From contig NIVC01002878.1 in the NCBI GenBank assembly GCA_002269645.1, positions 62,001 through 126,000 of the forward strand: a DNA stretch of 64,000 nt. The letters run 5' to 3'. This document shows, in pieces, positions 12,064-25,000 of this stretch (positions within the stretch are counted from its first letter, which is position 1; the number at the start of each line of letters is the position of its first letter). The notes under the pieces were generated by a model. The model made no database searches and was not told the DNA's origin. It worked only from the letters and a program-made list of their open reading frames with translations. The DNA is from Macrostomum lignano (lineage: Eukaryota). The translations under genes and the position numbers were made by a program.

Positions 12064-15000
12064 CCAACTTTATAGGGCCTACCTTAGCAGTGGTTATAAT
12101 GCTTCAACCTCACTTTCTATTAACTTGCCCATCTTTTATAATCTACATGGCTTGGCTAGGCTTAGCTATATACATAATATTCATCTATAGACATGCTTAC
12201 AACAGTCAACAATTAGGCACTGAGGGAAGTGACTTCATTTGCAAAGATGAAGAGCACACTCATACTCTTCCTAGGCCTAGTCTACCCAAAAAAGAGAATG
12301 GGAGTAATAAATATAGATTATAGGGCTAAAATATAGCTAAAATATATTTATAGACTTAGGCCTAGTAGGTCCTAAGCGAAGTATCATTTGCAAAGCTATC
12401 TGGGATAGGGGCCTAAACAAACACGGCTAAGTGCCATTCAGCCTAGGCCTACTTAGTTTTTCTTAGTTTTAGGAATCATGCAGTGCATTGCATTGAAAAA
12501 GTTTTGAATATTTTTAAATTGGCAAAAATTAAATAGGCCTAAAACATCAAGATTTACATGCGACATTTATAACTCCTAATCTATTGATCCCTTTCTAAGT
12601 TAACTAGCTAGACCTAAACAATGGTTTTAGGACTATTTTATTTTTAAGTCAGTAAAATAAACTATCTGAATAAAATTATTTTTAAAGGCACAAAAAGTTT
12701 AAATTATTCATATCATTTTATTACATTAGCCAGGCCTAGTTAAAAAAAATAATTACAGATGCCTGAATTCTTGAATAATTGAATTGAATGCTTGAGCTTG
12801 AACCTCAATAGCAAAAAAAATCTTGTATTTTTAAACCAAATGGATTTAATTTTTCTAAGAATACCCCTAATCAAATACAAAACATTTTATGCTATGAATT
12901 TTTTACTGACTAAATAATTCTAGACTTGTGTTTTTTGCACTTAACTTATTGTTGCGCATATGCGTAACTTACTCAGCTTTTGTTATTTTTGCTTTTGCTC
13001 CTATATATAACAAATATTAAATTCGCGCAAATTTAAGTTTATTAGTTTCGTAGAAAATATTCATTTTTAAGCAACAACAGCCTACTACAGCCAAGCCAAG
13101 GGCCGCCAAGCCAAAGCCAACAACAACGATTTTTAGTTCTTTCAGTCCGCTCACTGTCCATTGTCTTTGTATGAACTCAAAATTACTATAGAAATATTGC
13201 CCACTTTTTTGAACAAATGTTAGCCATAGTTGCTACTTGTTAGTCTCAAAGTCAAAGTTTCACAAAAACATTGACATTGATGTATAATTTTTTTGTAAAC
13301 TCAAGTCAAAGTTCTAGTTTTTTATTCTTTGATTCTTTGACATAGTTTCTTTCTTTCTTTATTTCTTTAACATAGGTTCTTTGACAATTTTTTTTATTCT
13401 TTGACATATGCAGACTTACTCAGTCAGTGACTTAGTGCTAGGCCTAACACAACAGGGGTAGGCCTATCCAACCCTAGCATTAGTTTAACCAACCCTAGCC
13501 ATAGTTTAGAAGAAAATTTATAAAATCTAGAGATTCTAGTCAATCTAGCGACAGGACAATCCAGCAAGAGATTGATGATTTTAACTTTATAATTATAATT
13601 ATTTAAAATTGTAATTTATAGTTTTTAATAATCATTATATTATTTTTTAATAGAATAAATGTATATACTAAAGTTCCACATATTGAAGTTTATTGGGTTC
13701 GTGTGCGCTGCAACAAATCCTTTGTAATTTTTGTAACTAGGCCTATGCGCAATGCGCCAAAAAATTTATGTATTTTTTTATATATAATTTTATGTGTGTT
13801 TTAATTTTTTGCTTTTAGTTTAAAAAAACAGTGATTGTTGTAATATTTTTTCAGGTACACATGTAATGTTACCATAATTTAAAAAAACCTTTTCATGTCA
13901 TTTTTAATTTTAAAAGGCAACTTTGTCATTGTGTTTTATCTTTTACATATGAACTAAAAAGTTAATACAGTATAGACTATATAGACTACACTAGGTAAGA
14001 TGCTTTGTGCATTGTATATACACATATGGCGCATAAATCACAATAAATTTTCTTCTGTGCCATTTGCTCTGTGTGCGCCAAAAAATCCTCTGTGTTTTGC
14101 ATGAAATCTATCACCTTCTTGACTGTGGTGCATTATAGGCCTAGCTTCATAGAAATATTAATTGGAACTGGATAGATAGCTGTAACAACTGTTACATATA
14201 TAAAAAATCATAGTACTATTATAATATTAAAATATTTGATATGATATACTAAATTATATTAGAAGTATAGCCATAATGTTCAATATTTCTTTTTATTACA
14301 AAGATACTATCCTAGTATGAATTCTCTATATAAGCCTATATAAAATTAAAACTCATGTTAAATTTTGTTTGTATCTTAAGTCTATATAAAATTATAATAT
14401 AAAATATATTGCTGGATTGTCTATTTCCATTACCCATATTGACTATTGCCAGATCATCTATTGCCAGATTGTCTTGTTGCTGTTTTGATTGTCACTGGAT
14501 TGTCTATTGCAAAATCCTCTTATAGCCAGATTGACTAAAAGCCATAAGTACATTAGGATTTCCTGATTTACAACAAGGATATTTCCTAATTTTCAACCTA
14601 TATCCACATATATTTTGGCATATTGCATATATGATGCAGTGGACACATTGTGTCAATGACAATTTTTTGGTTTCAATGTATAAACAAAGTCTCATAATTT
14701 TTTCTAGCATTAGACGTGGGGTATACTAATAGGTCCACAATCTGAAGAATGGGTAACCAGTCTTTTTGGTTACAATTATCAATTGTTTTGCTATCCATAT
14801 ATCTATATACATATGTACAGGCCTAATACCTAATATGCTATAGGCCTAATATCTATTGTTTATGGAATAAAAAAGTCAAAGGTAAATAGATACAAAAACA
14901 CCAATAAATATTTGCTATATGATATATGACTTATCTGGACAAAAATTTCCGGACTTTTCATCCAGATAACAAAACTCTTGGTTAGGATACTTACCGCACT

Positions 15001-16650
15001 GTTTTTTCAATGCATATATGACCTTCTTCGATTTTTTGCTTAGATCAACCCTGGATTTTAGAAAGCTGTCCATGAGAGCTAATGTGGTCACTGAATTTCC
15101 AGTTGCAACTGTACCTGACTAAATTTTATCTGCAATGTCTGAAATTAAGTGTCTGAAATTTTCCTGTGTGCAAATACAAACTCTCTAATTAGCATTTGAT
15201 CAATTTTGACAATTTTCCTATTACTTGTTTATTTCCTTGTTTTTTAATAAATAATATCATTACACTTCTGTTAGCATCAAATATATATCAACAACAACAA
15301 ATAATAACATTCTTTCCCTTTTTGTCAACTAAAATGCACTAAAGAATTGCTACAATTTATTCATTTGAATTAACAGAATTTATCCGTAGGAGCAAAGCAG
15401 CAGATTATGCTGCATTATCCTTAGGAAAACTAAATTAATGTGAAAATCGGCACGATATAGCTGGATACATTTCCAGACTTATGTCTGGATTCAATGCACA
15501 TATCCGGATGTTTCGTCTAGATACAGAACTACAATATCCGAACAAAGCATCCAGATATGTAAAGTTGGCGTCACTTATCCAAAGAAATGACCAGATATTC
15601 TCCCATTGAACAGATGCAGAGAATATCTGGCCGAACTAAAAAAAATCCAAACTGAAATCCTGCCCTATTTTTCAGCGGGCAGAGCAAAAGTTGTAAGAGA
15701 AGCAGCATGCGTTTAAGGTCTTTCAAGAGCAGAGTATATTTTGCCATTTCATATGGTTCGAGATTCGAGCAAAGAATGTTTTATCTCTTATAGTTTTTGT
15801 TCCACACTATTCATTATTTATATGCACATTACATCGAGAATGTTCTAGAATGTTGCAAAAACAAGCAAAAATAGAATATTTTGGAATGTACGTGTAAAAG
15901 AACTTTCCTAACAATCAGATAATGTTGGTTTTATTACAATAAAACAATAAAAAATAGAATTGTTAAGCCTAAGCTACTCTTAGTGACAAAGGTCTCTAAA
16001 GGTCAAAGTGACTATACTAGGTCTATGCCTATGGCCTATATATTTTTTATTAAAAGGTTAACTTTTTGGCATTCTGATTTTAGCTACATAAAATAATTAG
16101 GTATAATATACCAAAAACACATACTAAAAGGTTGATTAGTTGTGTATAAATTAGAGTTAGTATTATAGTATCATGTTGCATTATGTTATTATAGGCCTAG
16201 CTAGATATTTCAAAACTAAGTTTGAAATTTATATTTTTAAGATCATATACTTATTTGCTCTATTAGACTATTTTTTGTATATTGCAGTTAAGTGTTAGCA
16301 ATGTACCTTAATTCTGGATATTTGATTCTACCTTATTATTATTATACTAGAGCATCTCTTTTTTATTTTATATAGCTATAATTATGTGCTACTATAAAGC
16401 ATATAAAGCATAAAAAGCATAAGCATAAAAAGCATATAAAGCATATAAAGTGCTACTATAAAGCATTATATATATATATTATTTCTTTATAAGTATATTG
16501 CCTAAGCCTAGGCCTAGAGAACTTTTTATCATCTAAGCAAACTAAAAAACTAGTGTTACATTTTTTAAATTCCAGTTCTGCCATTGGTTCGACTTGATTA
16601 AAGTTAACTACTTTGGTTTAGTTATTTAGTTGAAGACTCCAGTTGTTTGC

Positions 16651-19600
16651 ATGGCTGACGGTGCAGAGAGCCTGGCCTCTTCTGTCCAGCAGCTGCAGCT
16701 TGTAGAGGACGCACCTCTGGATCAGCCATCCTTGGTCGATTGGTCAAAATTCTCGTTGCGTAATGCTGAACTGTTGCGCACAGTTGGCACCGGCACCTTC
16801 GGCCGTGTCATGGTCATCCGAGAGAAAAACACTGATGAATATTTTGCGCTGAAAATTCTAGTTATTGACGATGTGATGCGATTGAAGCAGGTGGAGCATG
16901 TCAAGAATGAGAAAGCTATATTGAACACCGTGAGTCACCCATTCCTAGTGAAGCTGTACTGGACCAATCACGACATTAAGTTTCTCTACATGGTGTTCGA
17001 GTTTGTCTGCGGCGGTGAGATATTCTCCTATTTAAGAACATCGGGTACTTTTTCTAATGCTGCCACACTATTCTATGCTGCGGAGATTCTGTCAGCTATC
17101 ATGTACCTGCACGACATGTCAGTTGTGTATCGGGATCTGAAGCCCGAGAATCTGCTGCTTGATGCTCGGGGTCATTTGAAGATCACGGACTTTGGTTTCG
17201 CTAAAGTGCTGAAGGATAGGACTTATACTATGTGCGGCACGCCCGAGTATCTGGGTGAGTTCTGGTAGCCTATTTTTTTGAGTTTCCATCCCAAATCCCC
17301 GATCTCCCATTTTCTCTCAGTTTTAACCGGGGGGGGGTTGATTCTGAAGCAGGAGACTTCAAAGTACAAGCTTTTTGTTTTGCGTTAAATATTTAGCAAA
17401 ATTTTTTCGGTGACTAAGCCGGAGAATCGGCCTTGGTGTCGGCTACTGCAGTAGATGCAATTTGATCTAAGGAATGAAATTTTGAATAAGGGTGAAAATT
17501 TTTTGTTGAAAAGGAGTGACATTTTGCAGCTAAAAAGGGGTGAGATTTTAGAGTCGAGGGGCTGAGATTGTAGAGTCGAGTGGCTGAGATTGTAGAGTCG
17601 AGGGGCTGAGATTGTAGAGTCGAGGGGCTGAGATTGTAGAGTCGAGGGGGTGAGATTTTAGAGTCCAGGGGCTGAGATTTTAGAGTCCAGGGGCTGAGAT
17701 TGTAGAGTCGAGGGGCTGAGATTTTAGAGTCGAGGGGCTGAGATTTTAGAGTCGAGGGGCTGATATTTGAGAATCGATGGGTGAGAGTTGAGAATTGAAG
17801 GTGTGAAATTTGAGAGTCAAGGGGTGAGATTTTAGAGTTGAGGGTGAGATTTTAGAGTCAAGGGGTGAGATTTTAGAGTTGAAGGTAGATTTTAGAGTCG
17901 AGGGGTGATATTTTAGAGTCGAGGGGTGAGATTTTAGAGTTGAGGGTAGATTTTAGAGTCGAGGGGTGAGATTTTAGAGTCGAGGGGTGAGATTTTAGAG
18001 TTGAGGGTAGATTTTAGAGTCGAGGGGTGAGATTTTAGAGTCGAGGGGTGAGATTTTAGAGTTGAGGGTAGATTTTAGAGTCGAGGGGTGAGATTTTAGA
18101 GTTGAGAATTGAAGGTGTGAAATTTGAGAGTCGAGGGGTGAGATTTTAGAGTTGAGAATTGAAGGTGTGAAATTTGAGAGTCGAGGGGTGAGATTTTAGA
18201 GTTGAGGGTAGATTTTAGAGTCGAGGGGTGAGATTTTAGAGTTGAGAATTGAAGGTGTGAAATTTGAGAGTCGAGGGGTGAGATTTTAGAGTTGAGAATT
18301 GAAGGTGTTAAATTTGAGAGTCGAGGGGTGAGATTTTAGAGTCGAGGGGTGAGATTTTAGAGTTGAGGGTAGATTTTAGAGTCGAGGGGTGAGATTTTAG
18401 AGTCGAGGGGTGAGATTTTAGAGTTGAGGGTAGATTTTAGAGTCGAGGGGTGAGATTTTAGAGTTGAGGGTAGATTTTAGAGTCGAGGGGTGAGATTTTA
18501 GAGTTGAGAATTGAAGGTGTGAAATTTGAGAGTCGAGGGGTGAGATTTTAGAGTTGAGGGGTGAGATTTTAGAGTTGAGGGTAGATTTTAGAGTCGAGGG
18601 GTGAGATTTTAGAGTCGAGGGGTGAGATTTTAGAGTTGAGGGTAGATTTTAGAGTCGAGGGGTGAGATTTTAGAGTTGAGGGTAGATTTTAGAGTCGAGG
18701 GGTGAGATTTTAGAGTTGAGAATTGAAGGTGTGAAATTTGAGAGTCGAGGGGTGAGATTTTAGAGTTGAGGGGTGAGATTTTAGTAGCCTAAAGCGGTGA
18801 GATTTTGAAATGAATTAAAATAAAATGGTAGTTAAAATTTCAGGCAAAAAGTTGAACCATGATTAAAACTATTCAACTAAAAGACTGCCAGAATAATATT
18901 TCAGCAGGAGAAAATGCGCTGTATATTGTATGCGATGTACTTTAGAGAGTACATTGAGAACAAACTGAGATATATTGAGATTGGGAAATTAGTCAGCTGT
19001 TTCTAATCACAGAATTCCAGGTAGTTGCCTTCATTCGGGGCTATCTAAGGTCAATTTGAGCTGGAATTCTTTAAGGTCAATGTTTAATTCTGCGCGAGTG
19101 TCACAGAGCATTGCTAGTGAAAATGGTTAGGCTTATAAAATTGTCTTGTATCTGTCCCTAGGTTTCTCGTGCATTTTTAACGTAATTTATTTGGTGTAAA
19201 ATATTAAAACCCCCTAGTTTAAATTGGCTTATCTAAATAGGGCACTCATTGCGCTCAATGGAAAAATGTAATTGCGTAAATGACCGGTCATGAAGGTCAT
19301 GCGAAGGACATTGGTCATATAAAATAAGTCAGTTCTTTTGTTTATGCAGTGACTGATCATAAAATTGGTCATCTAGAGTTGCAATCACGGATCAAAAATT
19401 GGTCATGTGGATGCAATGACCGATCATAAAATTGGTCAGATGGATGCAATGACCGATCATAAAAGTGCTCATGTGGATGCAATGATCGATCATAAAATTG
19501 GTCAGATGGATGCAATGACCGATCATAAAATTGGTCATAGAGTTGCGATGACCAATCATACCATAAGCCGCTATCACCCACCAAGCACCCCTCAAAATGA

Positions 19601-20432
19601 CTGTCTTCGCAGCGCCCGAGATCATCATGGGCAAGGGCTACAATCGCGCAGTTGACTACTGGGCTCTCGGTGTTCTCATCTACGAGATGCTGGTTGGAAC
19701 TCCGCCATTTTACGACGACAGTCCCATGCAGATCTATCAGAAAATTCTCAATGGCCGATTTGAGTTTCCCGTCTCGGCTCAAGCAGATCCTCAGGTTGGT
19801 ATGATTTCCCATTTTTTAAAACAGTTTTCATTCTGGTTTTATAAGTGATTTACAACAATGTTTTTCATACTCGTAGTTAGGAAGTCATTAATAATTCAAG
19901 TTGATTCTATCTAGAAAACGTTTGCTTTTTACCTACTAATGTGTACCTACTATTTTTTTAAATTTTGTCTACTCTAAGTAGACAAAAGTAGACTTATAAT
20001 TTTTTTTAAAGATTTATTTTAAAAAAGCGGTAACTTGTCTATTTAGTCTACTGTAAGTAAAAATAGAAACATTTTTAGAAAATTGTTTTTTTCAAAAACG
20101 GTAACTTGTCTTTTTAGTCTACTGTAAGTAGAAATATAAACATTTAACTGCTATTTACATCGCAGGCCCGCGATCTAGTCCGCAAACTGCTAGTCCAAGA
20201 CCGAACTAAACGCCTTGGCAACATGAAAAGCGGCGCCGAGGACGTCCGCTCTCATCGCTGGTTCCGCGGCCTCGACTGGGACCAGGTCTATTCGAGGAAA
20301 CTGGCGCCGCCCATCGTGCCGCAGGTGCAGCACCCGGGCGACACTAGCTGCTACGACAAGTACGAGGAGCAGGACTGGAAACGGGTGCCCTCGTCCAGCG
20401 CCATCGGCCAGGAGTATTTTCGTGACTTCTAA
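16651..20432 (+). CDS. PRKX: cAMP-dependent protein kinase catalytic subunit, PRKX/Pka-C3 type, 350 aa. Exons 16651-17254, 19613-19794, 20166-20432
   Basis: Motifs [77 protein letters not shown] and an AGC C-tail ending YFRDF. GT-AG junctions are in frame (phases 1 and 0). Confidence 0.93.
17535..18785. repeat. 21-bp minisatellite (GAGATTTTAGAGTCGAGGGGT) with variant units, PRKX intron 1
   Basis: Directly visible tandem array. Confidence 0.96.
19355..19550. repeat. 33-bp minisatellite (ATGACCGATCATAAAATTGGTCAGATGGATGCA), PRKX intron 1
   Basis: About 6 degenerate units just upstream of exon 2. Confidence 0.88.
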
Positions 20433-20595
20433 ATATTGGCCTCGATTGGATTGATTGATTGACAGACGATAGATTGATAGAGACTCAAAACAGCACCAAT
20501 GATTTCTGGGTCCGCGATCTGATTGATGAATTCATTTTTTTTGTTCAACTCTTAGGAATTTCGTTGGTTTTGTTTCTTTTTAGACTAATAATAAT

Positions 20596-20808
20596 TGATT
20601 TCACCTGCCCTAATGGGCTGATGTGACAGCTCAGCCGCAGCTATTGGCAAGGACTGGGGGGTCGCCACACACAGCCTCAATTACCCCAGCTAATGCTGGC
20701 ACCCATTTTACAGCTGGGTGAACTGAAGCAATGCAGAGTTCAAGTGTCTTGCTCTCAAGGACACAGATTGTTCCGAGTGGGTCAAGAATCGAACCCCCGA
20801 CCTTTCAG
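20596..20808 (-). mobile_element. CORE-type SINE family B, 5'-truncated copy just downstream of PRKX
   Basis: Matches about 3595-3830. Retains the B box (GGGGTTCGATTCTT) and CORE-like body; lacks the A box. Confidence 0.8.
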
Positions 20809-22006
20809 GATAAATGTTTAGATCCATAAAAGTGCTTTATAATATTCAACTTTCTTAAACTATTGTATAACTGTTCAAGTCTATAACTTGTGTAAACAGC
20901 TGAACATATTGAATACTGGCGTCGTGAATTGCAGATTGCAAACTATTATTTATCACCCATTGCACTTGCATCAGCACCAAAGCAGCCTTGAGTCAATCGA
21001 TAAATGATTAATAATTTTCTTTTCTAATTATAGGCCATCTTTGTGTATATATAATATCATTTTGAATATGAATTCTGCAACTATAACAAATGCAATTAAC
21101 AATTCGTGCAAATATTGGAATATGCAATCAAACAATATAATTTCTCAGTCACAATTTTCTTCTATTGAGCTTTTCTGTTTATCAGATTGTTTATTGTTTA
21201 ATCTGGCTTCTAAATAGTGAAACTTGATAAATAAACGAAATGCGTTTTTTGTTTCTTTTTCTAAATTTTTGCCTTCATAACAAAAATTTGCGCCAAAGAT
21301 TTGTTGTTGAATTTGTTGTTTTCTGTCTCCCTGTTCGAATTTTGGCCTGCATGTTTTGTTATAATTTGTGTAAGTTTTATAATCTGTAATTTATTGAAGG
21401 TTGTCACCCGTTAGATTGTTCATGAATGGCAGTTTACCAAATTTCTATGGTCAAAATATTCTTTATTCAATGTACTTATGCCAGGTATGTAAGTTTGCTG
21501 TGCCCCCCCCCCCTACCTCAAATAATCTTTGCTTCAATTATAATCTTATAATCAATTTTCAATCCCTTAGTTAACAAGCGGTTTATTTGGTTGTAAATTT
21601 TACCGAAATTTGCTTATAGCCTACTGACTATATTCAAGTAGTATCGTAGCCTTTTCTCCCTCAAATGTACTTACAAATAAAAAAGTACCATATGATTTTT
21701 GCCTATGTATCACTTAAACCCTATGCAGATTATTTTAGTATTTATTTACAAATATATGTTGCAAAATAAACGTATCTAACATTGCGTACAGATCTCTGAC
21801 TGACCTGTTCTAAAAATATAAATTGAAACAAACTGTAATCCATTTAAACCGACTTTATTTTTATTTTTTATTTAAATAATAATACACAAAAGACTTACAA
21901 CCATTGTCTGTAAAATATTGTATAAGCATGAGATAACGGCATTGTGTAGTACTGTACCGTCTTTGTAGCCTTACTTAATCGATATTGACAGCATTGAGGT
22001 GTGGTC

Positions 22007-25000
22007 TTATGCTCGCTTGTCTTGGCGTGCCTGCGAAAAGCAGAAGTTTATTGATTCTCGGTGTGAGTTCATAACTCGATGTGGGATCAAAACCCTGCAA
22101 AATCTGATCTCAAATTGATCAAAACCCTGCAAAATCTCATCTCAAATCGATGGAAGTCCTTCAAAATATGATCTCAAATTGATCAAAACCCTGCAAAATC
22201 TCATCTCAAATCGATGGAAGTCCTTCAAAATCTGATCTCAAATTGATCAAAACCCTGCAAAATCTCATCTCAAATCGATGGAAGTCCTTCAAAATCTGAT
22301 CTCAAATTGATCAAAATCCTGCAAAATCTCATCTCAAATCGATGGAAGTCCTTCAAAATCTGATCTCAAATTGATCAAAATCTCATCTCAAATTGATCAA
22401 AATCCTGCAAAATCTCATCTCAAATCGATGGAAGTCCTTCAAAATATGATCTCAAATTGATCAAAATCTCATCTCAAATCAAACAGAATCCTACAAAATC
22501 TCATCTCTAATCGATCAAAATCTTACAAACTTTCATCTCAAATCAATCAAAACCCTACAAAATCTCACCTCAAATCGATCAAAATCCTACAAAATCTCAT
22601 CTCAAATCGATCAAAATCCTACAAAATCTCATCTCAAATTGATCAAAGTCCTACAAAATCTCTTCACAAATCGATCAAAATCTTACAAAATCTCATTTCA
22701 GAACGATTAGAATGCTAAAAAATCTCATCTTAAATCGATCAGAATCGTACAAAATGTCATCTCAAATCGATCAAAATATTTCAAAATCTCATCTCAAATC
22801 CATCAAAATCTTCCAAAATCTCATCTTAAATCGATCAAACTCTTACAAAATCTCATCTCAAATCGATCAAAATCTTTCAAAATCTCATCTCAAATCGATC
22901 AAAATCTTACAAAATCTCATCGCAAATTAATCAAAATCCTACAAAATCTTATCCCAAACTGATCAAGTTGGCTCACCTCCAGCGACCTCTGCCACTCGAC
23001 CCTGTAGTAGCTCCACCGCGGCTTGTCGTGGATGTTGCAGAGCTGCAGGCAGCGCACTGGTTGCTGGCCAAACTGGCTGTACATCAGCGGCATCCACAGA
23101 TCGTCTTGGATTTTCAGGCCTCCTGGGAATTTCGAGTTTTTATGTCATCTGTTAGATTTTGGTTGACACCTGTTACATTTTAGTTGTCACATGTTAGATT
23201 TTGATTGTCACCTGTTAGATTTTGATTGTCAAATGTTAGATTTTGGTTGTCATCTGTTAGATTTTGGTTGTCACCTGTTAGATTTTTTATTGTCACCTGT
23301 TAATTTTGGTTTTCACCTGTTGGATTTTGGTTGTCACCTGTTAGATTTTAGTTGACACCTGTTAGATTTTTTATTGTCACCTGTTAATTTTGGTTTTCAC
23401 CTGTTAGATTTTGGTTGTTACCTGTTAGATTTTAGTTGTTACCTGTTAGATTTTGATTTCACCTGTTAGATTTTGATTGTCACCTATTAAATTTTGATTG
23501 CCACCTGTTAAATTTTGGTTGTCACCTGTTAGATTTTAGTCGTCACCTGTTAGATTTTAGTCGTCACCTATTAAATTTTAGTCGTCACCTATTAGATTTT
23601 AGTCGTCACCTATTAGATTTTAGTCGTCACCTATTAGATTTTAGTCGTCACCTATTAGATTTTAGTCGTCACCTATTAGATTTTAGTCGTCACCTATTAG
23701 ATTTTAGTCGTCACCTGTTAGATTTTAGTCGTCACCTGTTAGATTTTAGTCGTCACCTATTAGATTTTAGTCGTCACCTATTAGATTTTGGTGGTATCTG
23801 TTAGATTAGGGGGGCCGTAGCCCAGCGGTAGCGCAGCTGCTCTGGTGTGCCAGCGACCCAGGCTCGATTCCAATTGCAGTCACATTAATTTGGGGCTGAA
23901 TTGGAATCTCGGCTTGGCTCTGCTCGTGCAATTAACGGCCTTGAGAGCCAACCCCCCCAAGGCGCAGTGAAGTGTACATGCCAAACGATAATATAAAGTT
24001 AGGGCCGCTGTACACTCCTGTGTGAGTGTGTGCCTGCGTACGTATCCGCGCGCTTGTATGCCTGCTCAGGGGAGTCGGCGGAATGGGCAGTAATGCCTCT
24101 CGCCGGTTGTGTGCCTATGTCGCTTAAAGTGCGCCAGGGTGCACACAACCCCCCTGCGTCTAATAATAATAAATAATCTGTTAGATTTTGGTGGTATCTG
24201 TTAGATTTTGGTGGTATCTGTTAGATTTTGGTGGTATCTGTTAGATTTTGGTGGTATCTGTTAGATTTTGTGGGTACCTGTTAGATTTTGGTTGTCAGCT
24301 GTTAGATTTTGGTGGTATCTGTTAGATTTTGGTGGTATCTGTTAGATTTTGTGGGTACCTGTTAGATTTTGGTTGTCAGCTGTTAGATTTTGGTGGTATC
24401 TGTTAGATTTTGGTGGTATCTGTTAGATTTTGTGGGTACCTGTTAGATTTTGGTTGTCAGCTGTTAGATTTTGGTGGTATCTGTTAGATTTTGGTGGTAT
24501 CTGTTAGATTTTGTGGGTACCTGTTAGATTTTGGTTGTCAGCTGTTAGATTTTGGTGGTATCTGTTAGATTTTGTGGGCACCAGTTAGTCTCAGCTGTAA
24601 ACCTGAGCCCAAATCCTCAGCCCTATGCACTCACTCGCAACCTGATCTTCGTTATACTTGAACACCGTGATCTGGCCAACGAAGCTTTTCTGCGGCAGCA
24701 CGTAGACTCCGGACGCCATCAGGGCGCTACGAATTGTGGCTGAAATATGAAAGTGATAATTATATAACAGGTACCTAATTAGATAATTATATAACAGGTA
24801 GCTCCAATGTTTAATTATAATGATCGATACTAACTAGACACATCTTTGAGAGTTCGCAGAGCGTCATCGTTGAACACCTGCATGTACAGTTCCGTCTCGT
24901 TCAGCAGTCCGAGTCCTTGGAAGGTCAGCACGAGGCCGTCTTGTACTAAACGGCTGATTTTGTCGTGGTAGAGATCGAGGATGTGCTTCACCCTGAGGAG

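Noticed and set aside
14920-15667. hAT-like element ending AAATCCTGCCCTA with repeated ATCCRGAT motifs
   Set aside because: No matching left TIR or TSD could be found, so boundaries are unsupported.
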